Of a stretch of 64,000 bases of DNA, positions 1 to 13,200 are shown piece by piece; within the stretch, counting starts at the first letter, position 1; every line of letters starts with the position of its first letter. The position numbers were made by a program, and so were the translations under genes. Origin of the DNA: Ascidiella aspersa (lineage: Eukaryota); the NCBI GenBank assembly GCA_963924565.1, contig OZ004609.1, positions 5,022,001-5,086,000 of the forward strand, read 5' to 3'. The notes beneath the pieces are model-generated. The model saw nothing but the letters and a program-made list of their open reading frames with translations. It did not search any database and was not told the DNA's origin.

Positions 1-131
1 CCATTTTGACATTGCGCAAATGCTGTGTTCATGTATCTAGTGTGAAATGTTTTTAGGCTCACTAGACATTTTAACTACACAATTGTCAGTTGAACTGAAC
101 GGCCCACAGACAACTTTTTGGGCTTTGCCCA

Positions 132-672
132 TGTAGTGTTTAGCTGGCGAATTTATTTGTTAAGTTTTTGAAAATGCACGTTTTGTGCACTGTTTTGAGT
201 TATTAGCGGTTTTAAGCAAAGCTTCCTGTAATCTGACAAGCCTGCCCTAGTTTTTAAGTTCTGCGCGCGTTCGTGCTCCTATAGCTTCCTAAGCCATTTT
301 CCGGACCAGCCTCTCCACGCGCTTCGTGACCACATGTTTTTTCATCGACCTTTTTCTCGCGTTTATCTGCTCGCTCCCGCTTCGCATCCTTTCTCTTTAT
401 TATAAATCCCTAGCCTTCCTCGTTTCTGATTTCCTGTCGACCGCAAACGCAATCTCAACTTCTCTCCCTCTTTCACTTCACATTTTTCTGAGTCTTAAGT
501 TAGACGTGTTATTTTTTATCTGTTGTACCGGAGTCTTCTTGTTGGAGCGAAGTTCTGTCAATCAAAGTGAGTACTGTATATATTATAACGCTATTATATT
601 GCATGAAATAAATCAGATTTGACCCCCTTGTTATACGAGTTTCTTTTTATTCTAAATGAGCTAAACACCTCA
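132..672 (+). mobile_element. Solo LTR of a Gypsy-type retrotransposon
   Basis: Starts TGTAG, ends ...ACACCTCA, flanked by 4-bp direct repeat CCCA (128-131 / 673-676). Last ~125 bp (549-672, includes AATAAA) align with 37875-37992, which directly precedes the PBS and gag-pol of the Gypsy element. Confidence 0.72.
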
Positions 673-779
673 CCCACAACCTATAAAAAATAGTATGTGC
701 TGTTGGTGATAGATCTACAGAAGAAAACCTTAATGAGAAAGTTTATATCATAACTGTAGGTGCATATTTTTTTTTTCAG

Positions 780-1330
780 ATAAATTAATTTATTTTTATA
801 GTTCAACAAATAGTTGAGGTAGAGGTCATGCCTTCTACTAGTGGAGACCCTGAAGAAGAAATTTCAAATATTTTGGGAGAAAGTAGTGGTAGCAGTGGTT
901 GACTCTCGAACAGCAACTAAAGCAAACGAAGATTAGGTGTGTAATATAAACCTTAAGCTTTATTGGTTACCTAACAACCAACCATATGTTTTGGTTATGT
1001 TCTCTGCGAGGCTACTGATTGCATGATTAGTTCTGTTGCTTATGTTTAACAACTTTGCGCCATGAAGCTGAAAATAAGTTATGTTTTCTGTGACAGCATC
1101 AGTTGTGGTGGTAACTTTTTTTTTTATAGCTTATATTACCTACTTAGGCAAAGAGGTGAGTTTCACCATAATAGACTTTATTGTGCTCTCGTGTTTCATC
1201 AAAGTCTTTGAAACGGAAAGTGAAAAGGACATAAAGAGCAGAAGAAAACATGGAAGCGATGGTTTTGTTTTTTATACCTTCGAGTGCAAGATTATATATT
1301 TTTTCACTACTTTCAGTTTCTTCACCTCAA
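780..1330 (+). pseudogene. Possible remnant of the second (Myb/SANT-type) gene of a Harbinger element, convergent with the nuclease
   Basis: Short GT-AG bounded exon-like blocks with acidic/Ser-rich coding and a C-terminal EKDIKSRRKH-(fs)-MEAMVLF segment, tail-to-tail with the nuclease. No Myb core seen. Confidence 0.25.
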
Positions 1331-1487
1331 ATAAAATACAGTGTTCTAGAAAAAACTTTAATTTGTAAGCAAAACACAAAAATGAAATACACTCAAAAAA
1401 GCAGAGAAATGTACTTTCTGGTGCTAGTGGAAAAGTAAAATAAAGTGATGTAAATATTATTTATAAACACTACAAAAATCGTAATGC

Positions 1488-2495
1488 CTACTGCCGCAGT
1501 GGCTGGTTAACAACAACAGTAAGATGGTCAAGAAGTGCGCTTGACGTTTGTACCACCTCCAGAGGTGTACATTTCTGGATGTGGAGTTGTGAATATGGAT
1601 GGCTGCATGAATTGAAAATTAGCAATTTCATTGGACAGAGCAACATGGCGCTTCTCACAAATGTTATGTAAAGCACAACACGTAGATATTATTACTATTG
1701 GTGCCATATTGATGTCAACATCCATCTTTTTTCCTACCTAGTATGCGCCAACGTGCCTTTAGTCGACCAAATGCATTTTCCACACAAATACGAACGCTTG
1801 AAAGATTCTTTTTCTGGGGAAAGATTAAATCCTATTAACCAAGGCAACAATGGAGATAAATTACTTCTTTGGTAACATAAATTTGTAAATTCCTGATTGT
1901 TGAACACTTCCTGGCATTGTTGCCACATTAATATCCCGAAATCTTTAAAAGAAATATACATTTTTATGAAGGTCAAGTACCTCTAAGTTATCCAATTCAC
2001 ATCAACTAAACCTTGCAGGATTAAAGAGTCCCAACCCTTACGATTGGTGTAATCTTTTTTCCCTCGAATTGGGGCAGTTATTGGAATGTCAGTTCCGTCG
2101 ATGCAACCCATAACCTTTATGTTTTCCCGGGGGTTAGTGGTGTCATTTTCAATTCTACATGCAATTTCTTTTGCCTCATAAAACAACTGTTAATAAAAAA
2201 CTAATATCCCTTAAATTAACTTAAATGAACAAAACTTTTAAGGCAGTTGTACCAAACACTAGATTTGCTGACACCAAAATTATGTGCCACGTTTATTTTT
2301 AATAGGGTCCCTCACAGTTATATCCTCTGTAATCATTAACAAAAAACATTTTTCTCTGTATTTGTAAAGCCGCCGCCTACAGTTTAATTGTATACCTGGT
2401 TTCATGTCATTCGTAATCAACTCCAACAACAACTCAATAAAAGTTTCTTTAGGCGTGTGTACTTCAACAGGTGAGGGAGACATGATGACCACCAT
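1488..2495 (-). pseudogene. PIF/Harbinger DDE nuclease (DDE_Tnp_4, HARBI1-like) transposase remnant
   Basis: Colinear motifs across frameshifts: VMGCIDGTDIPITAP..DYTNRKGWDSLILQGLVD, PLLPWL..LSPEKESF, APIVIISTCCALHNICE. Confidence 0.88.
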
Positions 2496-2775
2496 GCTAT
2501 CTGACTCATCGAAACTAAAACAAAACTGCCATTTAATTTAAGGAGCATACTGTCAGGTTTCTTATAGATTTATTGTACATTCACATAATTCAGTATAGCT
2601 TGCTTTCAATAAAATGGCTTACAGCGCAGTAAACGCGAATGCGTTGAGGATTAAAACTGGCCAGTTAACGTGCAGGGAAAGGAAAATATACCAGAACGAC
2701 CTAAACAGGCATTTAGCACACGCACAACGAACACAGTATATAACAAATACAGACGTACACCATTTCTCTCCTCCC
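2463..2775. repeat. Dispersed direct repeat, copy 1 (copy 2 at 3923-4302)
   Basis: Shared block including CATTCACATAATTCAGTATAGCTTGCTTTCAATAAAATGGCTTACAGCGCAGTAAA. Copy 1 lacks an internal stretch present in copy 2. Confidence 0.85.
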
Positions 2776-3922
2776 TGGAACACGAAAAAAGTTTCGAGCA
2801 GTTCGTTGGGGCCGCGCTTCCTTAAAATCTTCCCAGAATCCGATCACGAGTCAACGTCGGACATTCGTGCAAATACTGAAGCAGCACGTGTTGGGAATCT
2901 CGTGATGTTCAATAGAGCGAAGGGCGTTCATGAATTCCTTTTCTTGGCGGCCAACGAACAACTCCAGCCAGGGGTAGCTGATTGTGCGACACGATGGAAC
3001 AAACGTCTGAAATGGTTAAAAGGCATAATAAACAACACAATGCAAAAACACTTTTGAAAATAGCCTATATAGAAAATTATCGTCTTAAAACGCAGTTCGA
3101 ATTTCAAATGCTTACTCTAGAATACCAATTAAAAGGGGGTAAGGTGCTAAAACCTCAGAAACGCGAAAACGAATTACATCGCCTAGTCCACATTAGATGG
3201 GTGGTTGGTTCCCTAAAGCAGACATAACAATCTTGGCGCTAAAGGTTATTCTAGAAAGTTACTCACTGCCTGCTAGTAACTTAATGTGGATTACATGACG
3301 GTTATCTCACACCATCTGAAAGTTAAATGAGGCACAGCAAAGGCCTTAAAAATCATGGGTTTATAGCGAGCAATCACAAAATCTCGCGTTATGTTGGTAA
3401 TTGGCAACAAGGTTTGGCCTTCTGCTCTGTTTTCCTTCTATAATGAAACATTACGGTTAAGTGGTCAGGTTATTTTATGTGAGATATAAAACATCAATCA
3501 CCATAACACGTGACCTAAGACAATAGCCGCAATGGCTTTGACACTTTAGAAGTAACGACTTCTTTAAGTGCTGGTTGAGATATAGAATCTATCCGTTTAT
3601 TGGTTTTGAGTTCAACCTCGATCGTAATACCTTTAAAACTTTACCAAAATAGGCCATAATTTTGCAACAATAACAATAACAGTCTTGCGTAACTAACAAT
3701 TTAAAAGCGTCAAACGATTTTTCTCTGCATTACATCTAATCAAACATCAAATTAACAAGCAATAACGCTGGCATAAACTTGTCAACAAACGTTTCAACAA
3801 ATCATAACGGATCAGCGTAGCTTAAAAATAAACGAGAAACTGCGCTAGCAAACCAAATTAATTCATAATTCAGAAGGGTTTATTCGCATGTTCATATCTC
3901 AGTCGGGGTCTCCAATGTGCAT

Positions 3923-4302
3923 TTCAACAGGTGAGACATGACCACCGTGCTATCCGACTCACTAAATCGAAACTAAAACAAACTGCCATTTAATTTAAGG
4001 AGCGCATACTGTCAGGTCGCTTATAGATTATTGCACATTCACATAATTCAGTATAGCTTGCTTTCAATAAAATGGCTTACAGCGCAGTAAAAACACGTGT
4101 TGCCAGTAAGGGGAGCGCATCGTTGACTGTGTTGCAGTAGAAAGGACACCCACGACTAACGCGTTGAGGATTAAAACTGGCCAGCTAACGAGCAGGATGC
4201 AGGGAAAGGAATATATACCAGAACGATGTAAACAACAGGCATTTTTAGCACACGCACAACAACGAACACAGTAAATAACCTCCCCTACACAATTCTCTCC
4301 CC
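3923..4302. repeat. Dispersed direct repeat, copy 2
   Basis: Aligns by eye with 2463-2775, with indels. Confidence 0.85.
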
Positions 4303-6794
4303 CAAAGACTCCACAAAAGCATCTAACCAAAACTTTATTATTGACACGCTTTAAAGGCTTGAAATGGCAGGACGAAATTAATTGTAGGCGAGTGAGCGGT
4401 TTTCTAAAATCAACGAATAGGCAAATTATATATACATATTTCAACACAAAACAACAAATAGCACAAATCTCACCGAAACGTTTGTGCCTGGGTCTTCAAT
4501 TAAATATGCGTCGGTACGAAGCCAAACTGTAATAATAACATGATTTATTGTTGGCACAATGAAAACAATTGCCGTAACAATGAACAATAATGACAATTCT
4601 TACAATTACTACTCACTGAGTTATGTTTACATGTACACTTACAACAGTCAAGACAACACTTACCAAAATATCAGCTTGCGTTCAAATACACAGAAAATGT
4701 AACTTCACACAGTTAGGTCAAATTTAGGTTTTAAATTACTTCTGCAAAGGTTAACAATAAAACAAGGCGACATCGTGACCGCATGAGGCGGTGTTTTTAA
4801 CCATTTAAATTACACGGAAAGGGGAAACAGTTTACAAAAATGTAGATTTGCGATGTAACAACAATGCCAATAATCCAAGGGGACTACAATCAATGAATGA
4901 CTGGGATATTTCTATTGATACGATAAATTAGTACTATTTGGATCCCACCTTAAGCACCTAAGACCATGCACACACTTAGGGCACTCTGGTGGTCTACAAT
5001 CCTACTAGGCCTACTTTTTTTTACAGTAACGAAACGAGTTGTCAAAATTTAAATTTCAAGTAAGAAACAAATCGGAATAATAAATATAATAAAATACTTA
5101 AAAAAACAGATATTGTTTGTTGTATAAACCCTCGGACTAGACCAGCGCCAAATACAGTTTTTATTGTCACCTTCTTTTGTCCACTCTTCCTTGAATATAT
5201 TCGTCGACCAGCATACATAAGCTTCTGTGCTTACGTTCTGTTTGCCAAGCAAACTGAAGAACACTCTATGCAGTCACAAACATACTTAACCAGCAAACCT
5301 AACGCAAGTAATTCTTGTTGTTTCATTTTTAGAAGCAGAATTAGACTACTAACGCAACGAGTAAGCCGAAAATGCGGAGGTCATAAGTTTACTGAAGGAA
5401 CTGCAGCATACTGGAACAGGGTTGCCAGATGCTCGGTTTAGGATTAGGACATTGTTGGTGTAAAGTTCGGACATTTTAGGACAAATAATAATTTGGCATG
5501 CACCCAGTGCAAGACTAATCGGAGCAGACAAAATTTCTTACAAATTTACTGTTAGTCGTTGATAGTAGTAGTCCAATAATTTCTTTCTGTAAAATTCGAT
5601 TTCCTTTTAGCAAAACTGCAACACTAAAATTTTATTGCGGAAATTTTGTAGATGTTTTGGAAAAGGTCATGATATCGCCGAAAAGTAGAAATACTTTGCC
5701 TGTATTTTTTAGGACTTATTGCAATTTAGACGGCACTACGATATAGGGAACTGTGTTTTTTTATTACTACGTTTATGTTGTTCTTATCTCGGTCTTATGA
5801 CTGGAGTCCGCCTGTAATCTATTGTAAACCTACCACAAATTTTTTTGTGAGTTGGTTAAAATTTAAATTTGGAACTAGAGCGCGCCCCATACTACACAGA
5901 ATTACTGCAGAAATGCGATCAAAATCGCGCGAAGCGGGAACAATTTTTGGATTTAGGTTGTAAAAGTTGGTATAAACAAAGTTCGGAGGCCTCATGCCAG
6001 CCAAATTAGGACAGAAAACTACTGTCCTAATGATTTGCAAACCGTCGGACACAGCAGGTAGAATTAGGACAATTTATCGTTTTTTTAGGCCACCAGGCAA
6101 CTGTGGTTTTAGACTGGCGTAATTACCTGTTTTGCAAGAAAAAAAACATAAGCATATCACTTGTTACACTCAAGCTGGCTTAAATTTCACGCCATGTAAA
6201 ATTACGACGCTGGAACGGATTACTTTTTAAGCCGGCTTTTACTTTATATAATCTGCCTTAGAAAGGTGCATGCATATAAACAGGCTTACTATGACTTCCT
6301 GAATCACCAATGTCTACCATGGATATAATGATCCAGACATTGGAGATGCTTGAAACATTACATGCTTGCCATAAAGTTTCACTGCCTCTCGAATTCTAGG
6401 GCGATCATCTTGCACCACTCGTTTTTTGTCGTTGGCATTCTGAGATACAATGGCTGCTGACCAGTGGTGGGGATTCAATTGTTTTGTCAGCCGGTTTTGA
6501 GTCATATTTTTCGGCAAATAAATAAATAGAGATTGAACGTATGTTACAAGAACAGAACAGGTTACTTGGATATTGCAGCCCACGCGAAAGTTGAACGCAA
6601 TCGTTTGCTGGGAAACACCGGTAGCCAAGTACCTAAAAATATGTTTTAAATAGTGTGTCTGTGCTTATTTTACATTAACGGTCATTGCCAGCCCCGTTGT
6701 TTGGTCGAAATAGATTGTCTGAAAAGGCGAGTTCTTTTTTTGAATGTGAGGACGAACCAACAAAAAATGTACTGTTTCAATTATTCTGTTTTCA

Positions 6795-7197
6795 GGCACC
6801 TGTTCTAATAGAGGGAGTAGAAGTTCCCTTGCTTTTGCTCCCGCGCCTTATAAAACCCTATATTGGAACCAGCATTTCACCAGCTAAAGAATCATTTAAC
6901 TGCTACTATCATAGTAGTGCACGCATTGTTGTGGAGAATTCTTTTGGGAAATTAAAAGCAAGGTGGAGAATCTTAAAAAAGATTGAGGCTAATGTTGGAT
7001 TTGCACCAACTATTATCGCTTCGTGTTGCATATTGCATAATATATGTGAAACATCAATGTACCAATAATGGAGGGGGAAGGCATACAAGTCACACCACCA
7101 GGAACGTCCAACATCAGTCGATGAACAGCCAACAAATAGACCCTGTCTTGCTGTTAGTCAGGAAGGGTCTTTAATCAGAGAATCCCTTCGCCACTAG
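6795..7197 (+). pseudogene. Second Harbinger nuclease remnant (C-terminal half)
   Basis: LLPRLIKPY..SPAKESFNCYYHSSARIVVENSFGKLKARWRILKKIE..IIASCCILHNICE in ORF 6685-7068. Confidence 0.88.
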
Positions 7198-7767
7198 ACA
7201 ATCAAGTAGATTTTAAGATCTTGTGGTGTAATATATTTAGTTTAGTGTGTTGTATTTTTTTTTATTTCAAAAGATGTATTGAAACGCCATGTCAGAGGTG
7301 GTTTCTAAACAAACAAAAATTAAATTAGCATCAACTTAATAACCACTAACGATTGAACCTTTGCGATGACGGCGCTTTTTGTGAGGTGTCTCTTCATCGG
7401 CAACAGGTTCTATTATTATAGGTTATATTTAGGTGTTTTAAGTATGTGTCAAAAACAATAATTTAGCTTACCTGGTAGTGGACTAACTGGAAGCTGTTTC
7501 CGATGCTAAAACAAGTAGAACATTATTTTTAAAAGTCTCATATACACCCTAACGTTTTTTTGTACTTTATTTTCATTAGCCAGAACTTACTTGAGGCAAA
7601 CTCAGACGTTCTTCCATTGCCTGTAATCAATTTCAAGTTATGTTTAATACCAAACGAAATATTAGAATCAAAAAATAATTCAAATCTTTGTCGAAGTATA
7701 TTTTTGCTAACTAAACATTAACAGTTGAAGCTGTAAATACATCAAATTTGATATCAGGTAATATTTG

Positions 7768-8152
7768 GGTGACATACGAAGGTATGTTTGAAATTCCGCG
7801 GTCCTCCTCTCCAAACGCAATTCCATTATTAACCGAATATTCGCCTGTTAGGGTGATCTATTATTGTAATGTTTTTTAATATTAACATAAGCACGCCAAA
7901 AACAATCAAGTGGTATATTATTCTTGCCAAGTTCATTTCTTCTTAACCACCTCCGCCTCTGCTTTTTTCTTTTTATTACATTTCTTCTTGTTGAAACTAA
8001 GGCTACCACCTTTTAGGTTACTTGTTTGCTGAATCTTGCCATTATTATTTTAACCTTGGCTAAACTGTACTTTCTGACAGAAAAATAGCGCGCAGTTTTG
8101 CCTTGTATTATCCATAGTGACGCTCTCGAGCGCCACCTTTAAACGCGCCTTA
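7768..8152 (-). mobile_element. 5' fragment of a third Harbinger element (terminus plus nuclease N-terminus)
   Basis: Minus strand reads KKKQRRRWLRR and LIMELRLE..EFQTYLRMSP, typical of the ALP1/HARBI1 N-terminus. Terminus reads TAA|GGCGCGTTTA at ~8152. Confidence 0.55.
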
Positions 8153-8399
8153 AACGCTTGACCAAAAATGCGACGCTTGACGCATTCGCAGTATGTCCAC
8201 CATTTCTCTAAAAGAATCATATGCTTTGAAGTTGAAAACAAGATACAATTTAGGTAGCAGTGAAAGTATCGATGAACAATCCTAAGAAAAATAAGTGCTA
8301 CATTAGACTAATTAAACGTAACTTTCTCACTAGTGTTTAATCCACTTAAGAAGTTGCGAAAACGCTCATTCACGAAAACGCTCATTCATTTAACAAAAA

Positions 8400-9360
8400 A
8401 CATGAGCAAATGAAGTCTTATCGTGCTGAAATTCAGACACCACTCGATCAAAGAAGATTCAGCTAATTAACGATCTGTCAAAATTTCCACAACAGAGAAA
8501 AGTTTGTTAAAGATATATGGCTGAAAAAAAGATTGGTTTTGGTGACACTAAATGAGTTGTAGCAGGAGTTTAAAAGAGAAAACAAGAAATGAAGATTATT
8601 TGTTTGTCAAAATTTTGCACATAAGGAAGGGTGCGTTTTGACAGGAACTTCTGGAACCCATTCAGGTTGAATTCATGAGAATCCCAAGTTACTGATAGAG
8701 GCGGGAAACTTGGCCTTTAATGGTATATATCACCATATGTCTCTTCTAAGTGTGACTAATGTCGATCAAGGATCCAGCAGTACATGTCCAGAAAAAGAAA
8801 ATTTGCAAGGTGACTTTTCGAGAATTATTCCTTTCATGTGCAAAATAAAATCGAGGGCTTTCACTGGACACACGGCCAAGCAATTGTGCATCCAGTTTTC
8901 TTTGATATGGTTAAACACTTCAGCTTTTCTGAAAACAAAAATCCACACACTGGCTAATATTGAAAATATTTCACTGACAGACTGTGCCGTACAAAATAAG
9001 AACAACACCAACGTCAGCATACAGCCAAAATAGTACAAAATATATACACCCGTCTAAATCCCAAAAGGTCCTTTTTAATTTGCTGTGTTGACTCCTGATT
9101 GGTAATAAAATGACACAAAAGGAAATACAGTTGTTTAATGTGAAATCTAACATCGAGGAAATAAATGAGGCTCACATAAAGCAAAAAATGAAACAAACCA
9201 ATTACGACAAGAATTGAATTAGAGCAGTATGGCCGCAAAGAATCAAAAATAGAAAGTAATGCTGGGGAGGAACGGCTGCTGATAGAAATATTATTTAAGA
9301 GTTTTCACAGGTAGAGGCGGAACCGGATCTTCATATGGACGAATAAGCATCTGAAAAAAA
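8400..9360 (+). pseudogene. Sola2-type transposase remnant
   Basis: Across frameshifts: KKRLVLVTLNEL, LSKFC..GCVLTGTSGTHS..IHENPKLLIEAG, DF.ENYSFHVQNKIEGFHWTHGQAIVHPV, TD.CAVQNKN. Same motif series as 57050-58327. Confidence 0.72.
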
Positions 9361-10099
9361 AAGTTCAAGTAAAAAAATCGTTTTATACAATGATGCGTGT
9401 TATATATTAAAGGGCTGTTTAGTCAGTAACAAACGCTCGTGTGACGTGGTGTTGGTGGTGTCAGTTAATACACAGAAAGGTTGTGTTACTCGCCGGCTTC
9501 TGGCTGGCTTCAGACTACAGCAAATTAGTTTAATGAGATTTATCACAACTTGCCAATCCTGATTTGACTTTAATCGAAATGTGTTGTGGTAGAGATGCAG
9601 TGTACACACTGTAGGTAAGGCAGCAGCATAGATTTATTTTAGTGCATACCTGTACAGTTTATTCTTGAGCTTGACACATGTGCATTTAAAGAAAGAAATG
9701 AAAGTGAAAAGATTGCTTTTTCCAAAAATCCATCAAGGTAAAATATCATGGACCCCAGGTTGGGAACCACTGAGCTAGCCCAATATCGGTTATATACCAC
9801 CTTTCTTAACACAATAATTGGTTTTGAGTTTATGTTTGGAGGTCAAGAATGCATTAAAAGAATATTTATTCGTTTCATCGGAGAAAGCAAGACTAGACAA
9901 AATTTCAAAGCAATCAAGATGTCCACCATTATGCTCCTACAATTCAGAAAGTTTGCTAGAGCACTTCACAGCATTTAGCTGTAGGTGTAATATATGTGTG
10001 GCAAAGGTACAGTAAGCAAAATATTTTTGTTAAAAATAATATCACGAAGCACCGGGTTAAAAGAACACAGGTAATCTTAACAGTTCATTATTTGTTAGT

Positions 10100-13000
10100 A
10101 TGCAACCCTAAATCAAAGTTTGTATTGGTTTTTGAAAGGCAAGTGTGTGAGCAACTTCCGCCATCCGGAAAAAAACTTTGAAGATGCCATAATTAAAGAA
10201 TGGCATGCAACAAAAAGTAGGTATATTGCCTTTCACTAACATACATTTATTTCATTTAAAACGATTTATGCACAAGTACAAGTAGATTTCGTGAAAAGGG
10301 GGCAATAGAATGCAATTTTTCTGCAAAACCACATTTTAAGGATAAGTTCACATATGCCAGAGAAAAAAATGTTGGAAATTTCATACCTTAACAAATTGGT
10401 GGAATATAATATTATCTCACAATAAAAGTACATGATCAATCCCTTGAGGCATTATCTCCTTAAAGTAAAAATTAATACATTGAATAATATCATCTAACTT
10501 ATTAAGGGTAAACTTTTTTTATTGGTAGATTTGGCATTGCCAAGTTGGAAAAAAAATGATATATTTACCATGGAATATTTTCTTAAAAATAGGAAGATTC
10601 TCTGAAAACGGGTTTTAATCCAGCTGACTGCAATTCCTTTTTGTCAAGCCACAAAACTAAAAAAGCAACTAAAATTTGCCAGGTAATCCAATACTACTGC
10701 ATGTAAGCTGTTTTTCCTCTAACATGTTTGCCAACTCCGGTGTTAAAACATCAAAAATGCTGTCGTAACTGTGGCCTTTTTTGGTAAGGTTTCAAAAATC
10801 TGAAGCAGGAATTCACAAAATAAATACAGTGTTTCTCAACAGGAAAAAAAATCTTATACTAATTTATCATGTGGCAATTGAAAAAACAATAAAAATTACC
10901 TTTGACCAAAAAGACATACCAATCTCCCTTCTGCGACAAGCTGCATACCACTTCATTGGCATGCAGAATATAAAATATTTTACATGCGATGTTTGTGAGA
11001 TATATCCAAAAATATTGGTTGGTGATGGGAATTGGGCAATAATACATGTGTCTAAGGCCGTAGACACATCAATAACAACCATGAAGCGAGACGCTTTCTG
11101 TGTTGCTTCGAGTTCGTGTTCAGCAAAAAAGGGCAGACGATTACACATTGCAATGCAGAGGAAAAGAACGAAAGGAAAAAGGCAATATGTCCGGTTCGGT
11201 GCAGTATTACTGTGTGCGTCGGTAAACAGAGCGCCGCTACAACCAGCTGCATTTAGTGAACTGTATAAAAAAATGTCAACCTTTGAAAGATGATATTAAT
11301 ATTGATGAAACCTGGGAAAAGTATACCAAGAGGTTTTTTTTCAAGTGTTAATTATGAAATAGAATAACCTAAAACAGGAACTTATATATGTTTTTAAGCC
11401 CTGAAGCAGTAAGATTTTTTAAAAGTTATATTAGATCATTCAAACTTGATAAAATTATAGTTCTACAAAAAAAAATATGTTAAAAAAACCTGTGCGAATT
11501 GTATGGAATAAAAGAGGACACTATTGACGATATGGTTAATGACTTATCGGAGCTTGTGCTTTTTAAAGAGCATTTTCCGAAGGCATTCAGAATGTTACAT
11601 GTTGCACAGCATGTGCTATTTGTATTTATTTTATGCACCATCACCAATTTAACAAAATAATAATAACATAACAAAATTTATTTTGTTTAAGGTGGCGTTA
11701 TACACTTTAGGTGTGCATTCAGTATGCACATACATGAAATGTGTACTACGACAAGAAAGTGCCAGTGAATATATTGATGGGATTCTGCCTCACAAGTATG
11801 ATTTGGCCTTAAGGTATAATTGTATTTAATCGTGTTTAAATTGTATTTTTTATCAGATTGCACTTCATGGAGAGCAAAGAAAGCAGGGGAATGTTTTCAC
11901 CCAAAGGTATGTTTGTATTCTTGGACCACCATTTTACAGTTTAAGTGACAATTTCCACCTAAAATCCAAAAAATCAGGATGACCATGCAAAACTTTCAGA
12001 GATATTAAGTTATCAAACCAAGTATCTGTGAACAAAAAAATGCGCAGACATGGCAAAAGACAGGTAAAAGTAAATAAGTAAAAACAAATAACGAATTGTG
12101 TAACGATTTTTTTTGACACTTTTTTACTAATTTAATTAAAATGAAAAAAAGATTTGGATGCCTTTAACCCAAGGCATATAGGAATGAATGTTAAATACAA
12201 CCGTTAGATGGTAATTATTTGCAGTTGGTATCCACATGAAAATACTGCAAATTTTTTTTTTAGACTACTTTAGAATATCCACACAAAATGTTCAAAAGAT
12301 CCGGATCGCGATCCGCCACAAAATTTTTTAGACAATTTACTATGTTATTAAAAGCCTTTGTCAAGAAAAAAAATCCGTACTTCCCATGGACATATTTGTT
12401 GTCAATAGTATCATTGATAATCAAATTAATATTATGAAAAGACATCAATTGAAAAAGGTAATGTTCAACATACAATATTTAATTACAATGGTTGAAATAA
12501 CAATATATTTAGATAAAGTTTTCATCATACCATTATTGATGGTAAAAGTACATCTGAAATGACATGTTCTGCTAATAATATAAACTGTTTGGCCAAAGTA
12601 TCATTGATAATCAAATTAATATTATGAAAAGACATCAATTGAAAAAGGTAATGTTCAACATACAATATTTAATTACAATGGTTGAAATAACAATATATTT
12701 AGATAAAGTTTTCATCATACCATTATTGATGGTAAAAGTACATCTGAAATGACATGTTCTGCTAATAATATAAACTGTTTGGCCAAAAAAAATTTTTAAT
12801 AAGGTTGTCAACATTACAACACAAACAATTTATTTGATTGACCCATTTCGTTCTTACATAAAAATTACTTTGATATATCATCCTTTATAAATAATATATG
12901 CTAACAAAATATAAAACCTGAGAAATTGATTTCAGCCGCTGCCATGATGACGACAAAAAACTTCTTTCGGCTGAATCAAAATGATGGTGTCACAGCTGTG

Positions 13001-13200
13001 GCATTTTTGTTATGACGGTTTCTGAAATGCAGTTTTACATTTAAAGGAATATATATGTTTTATACCTATGTTAAGTAACCTGATCTAGAGAATTGCTGAA
13101 AGCCTAGCCGGAAATTTCCAAGAAAGATTAACATTTAATGGGGATGCAAAAAGCATTGAAGAATTGAGACATTATTTTGGGGCATTAATATTGCATACCC
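10100..13200 (+). pseudogene. Zisupton/KDZ-type transposase remnant (HMGXB3-like) with SAP-like helix and C-terminal Ulp1/C48 protease; spliced
   Basis: FTCDVCEIYPKILVGDGNW (10980-11035); SAP-like MLKNLCELYGIKEDTIDDMVNDL then FPKAFRML; GGVIHFRC-(fs)-VCTYMKCVLRQESASEYIDGIL..YDLA (11691-11810); VVNITTQTIYLIDPF (~12805-12850); QNDG-(fs)-HSCGIFVMT (~12977-13018). Confidence 0.7.
12407..12787. repeat. Perfect tandem duplication, 190-bp unit x2
   Basis: AGTATCATTGATAATC...TGTTTGGCCAAA starts at 12407 and again at 12597. Confidence 0.95.

Noticed and set aside
326-622. 98-aa hydrophobic ORF
   Set aside because: Lies within the pyrimidine-rich solo LTR, has a GTG start and no recognisable motif.
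5049-5400. THAP-domain relic on the minus strand
   Set aside because: Only a vague VC..F.EE similarity; the C2CH residues are not recoverable.
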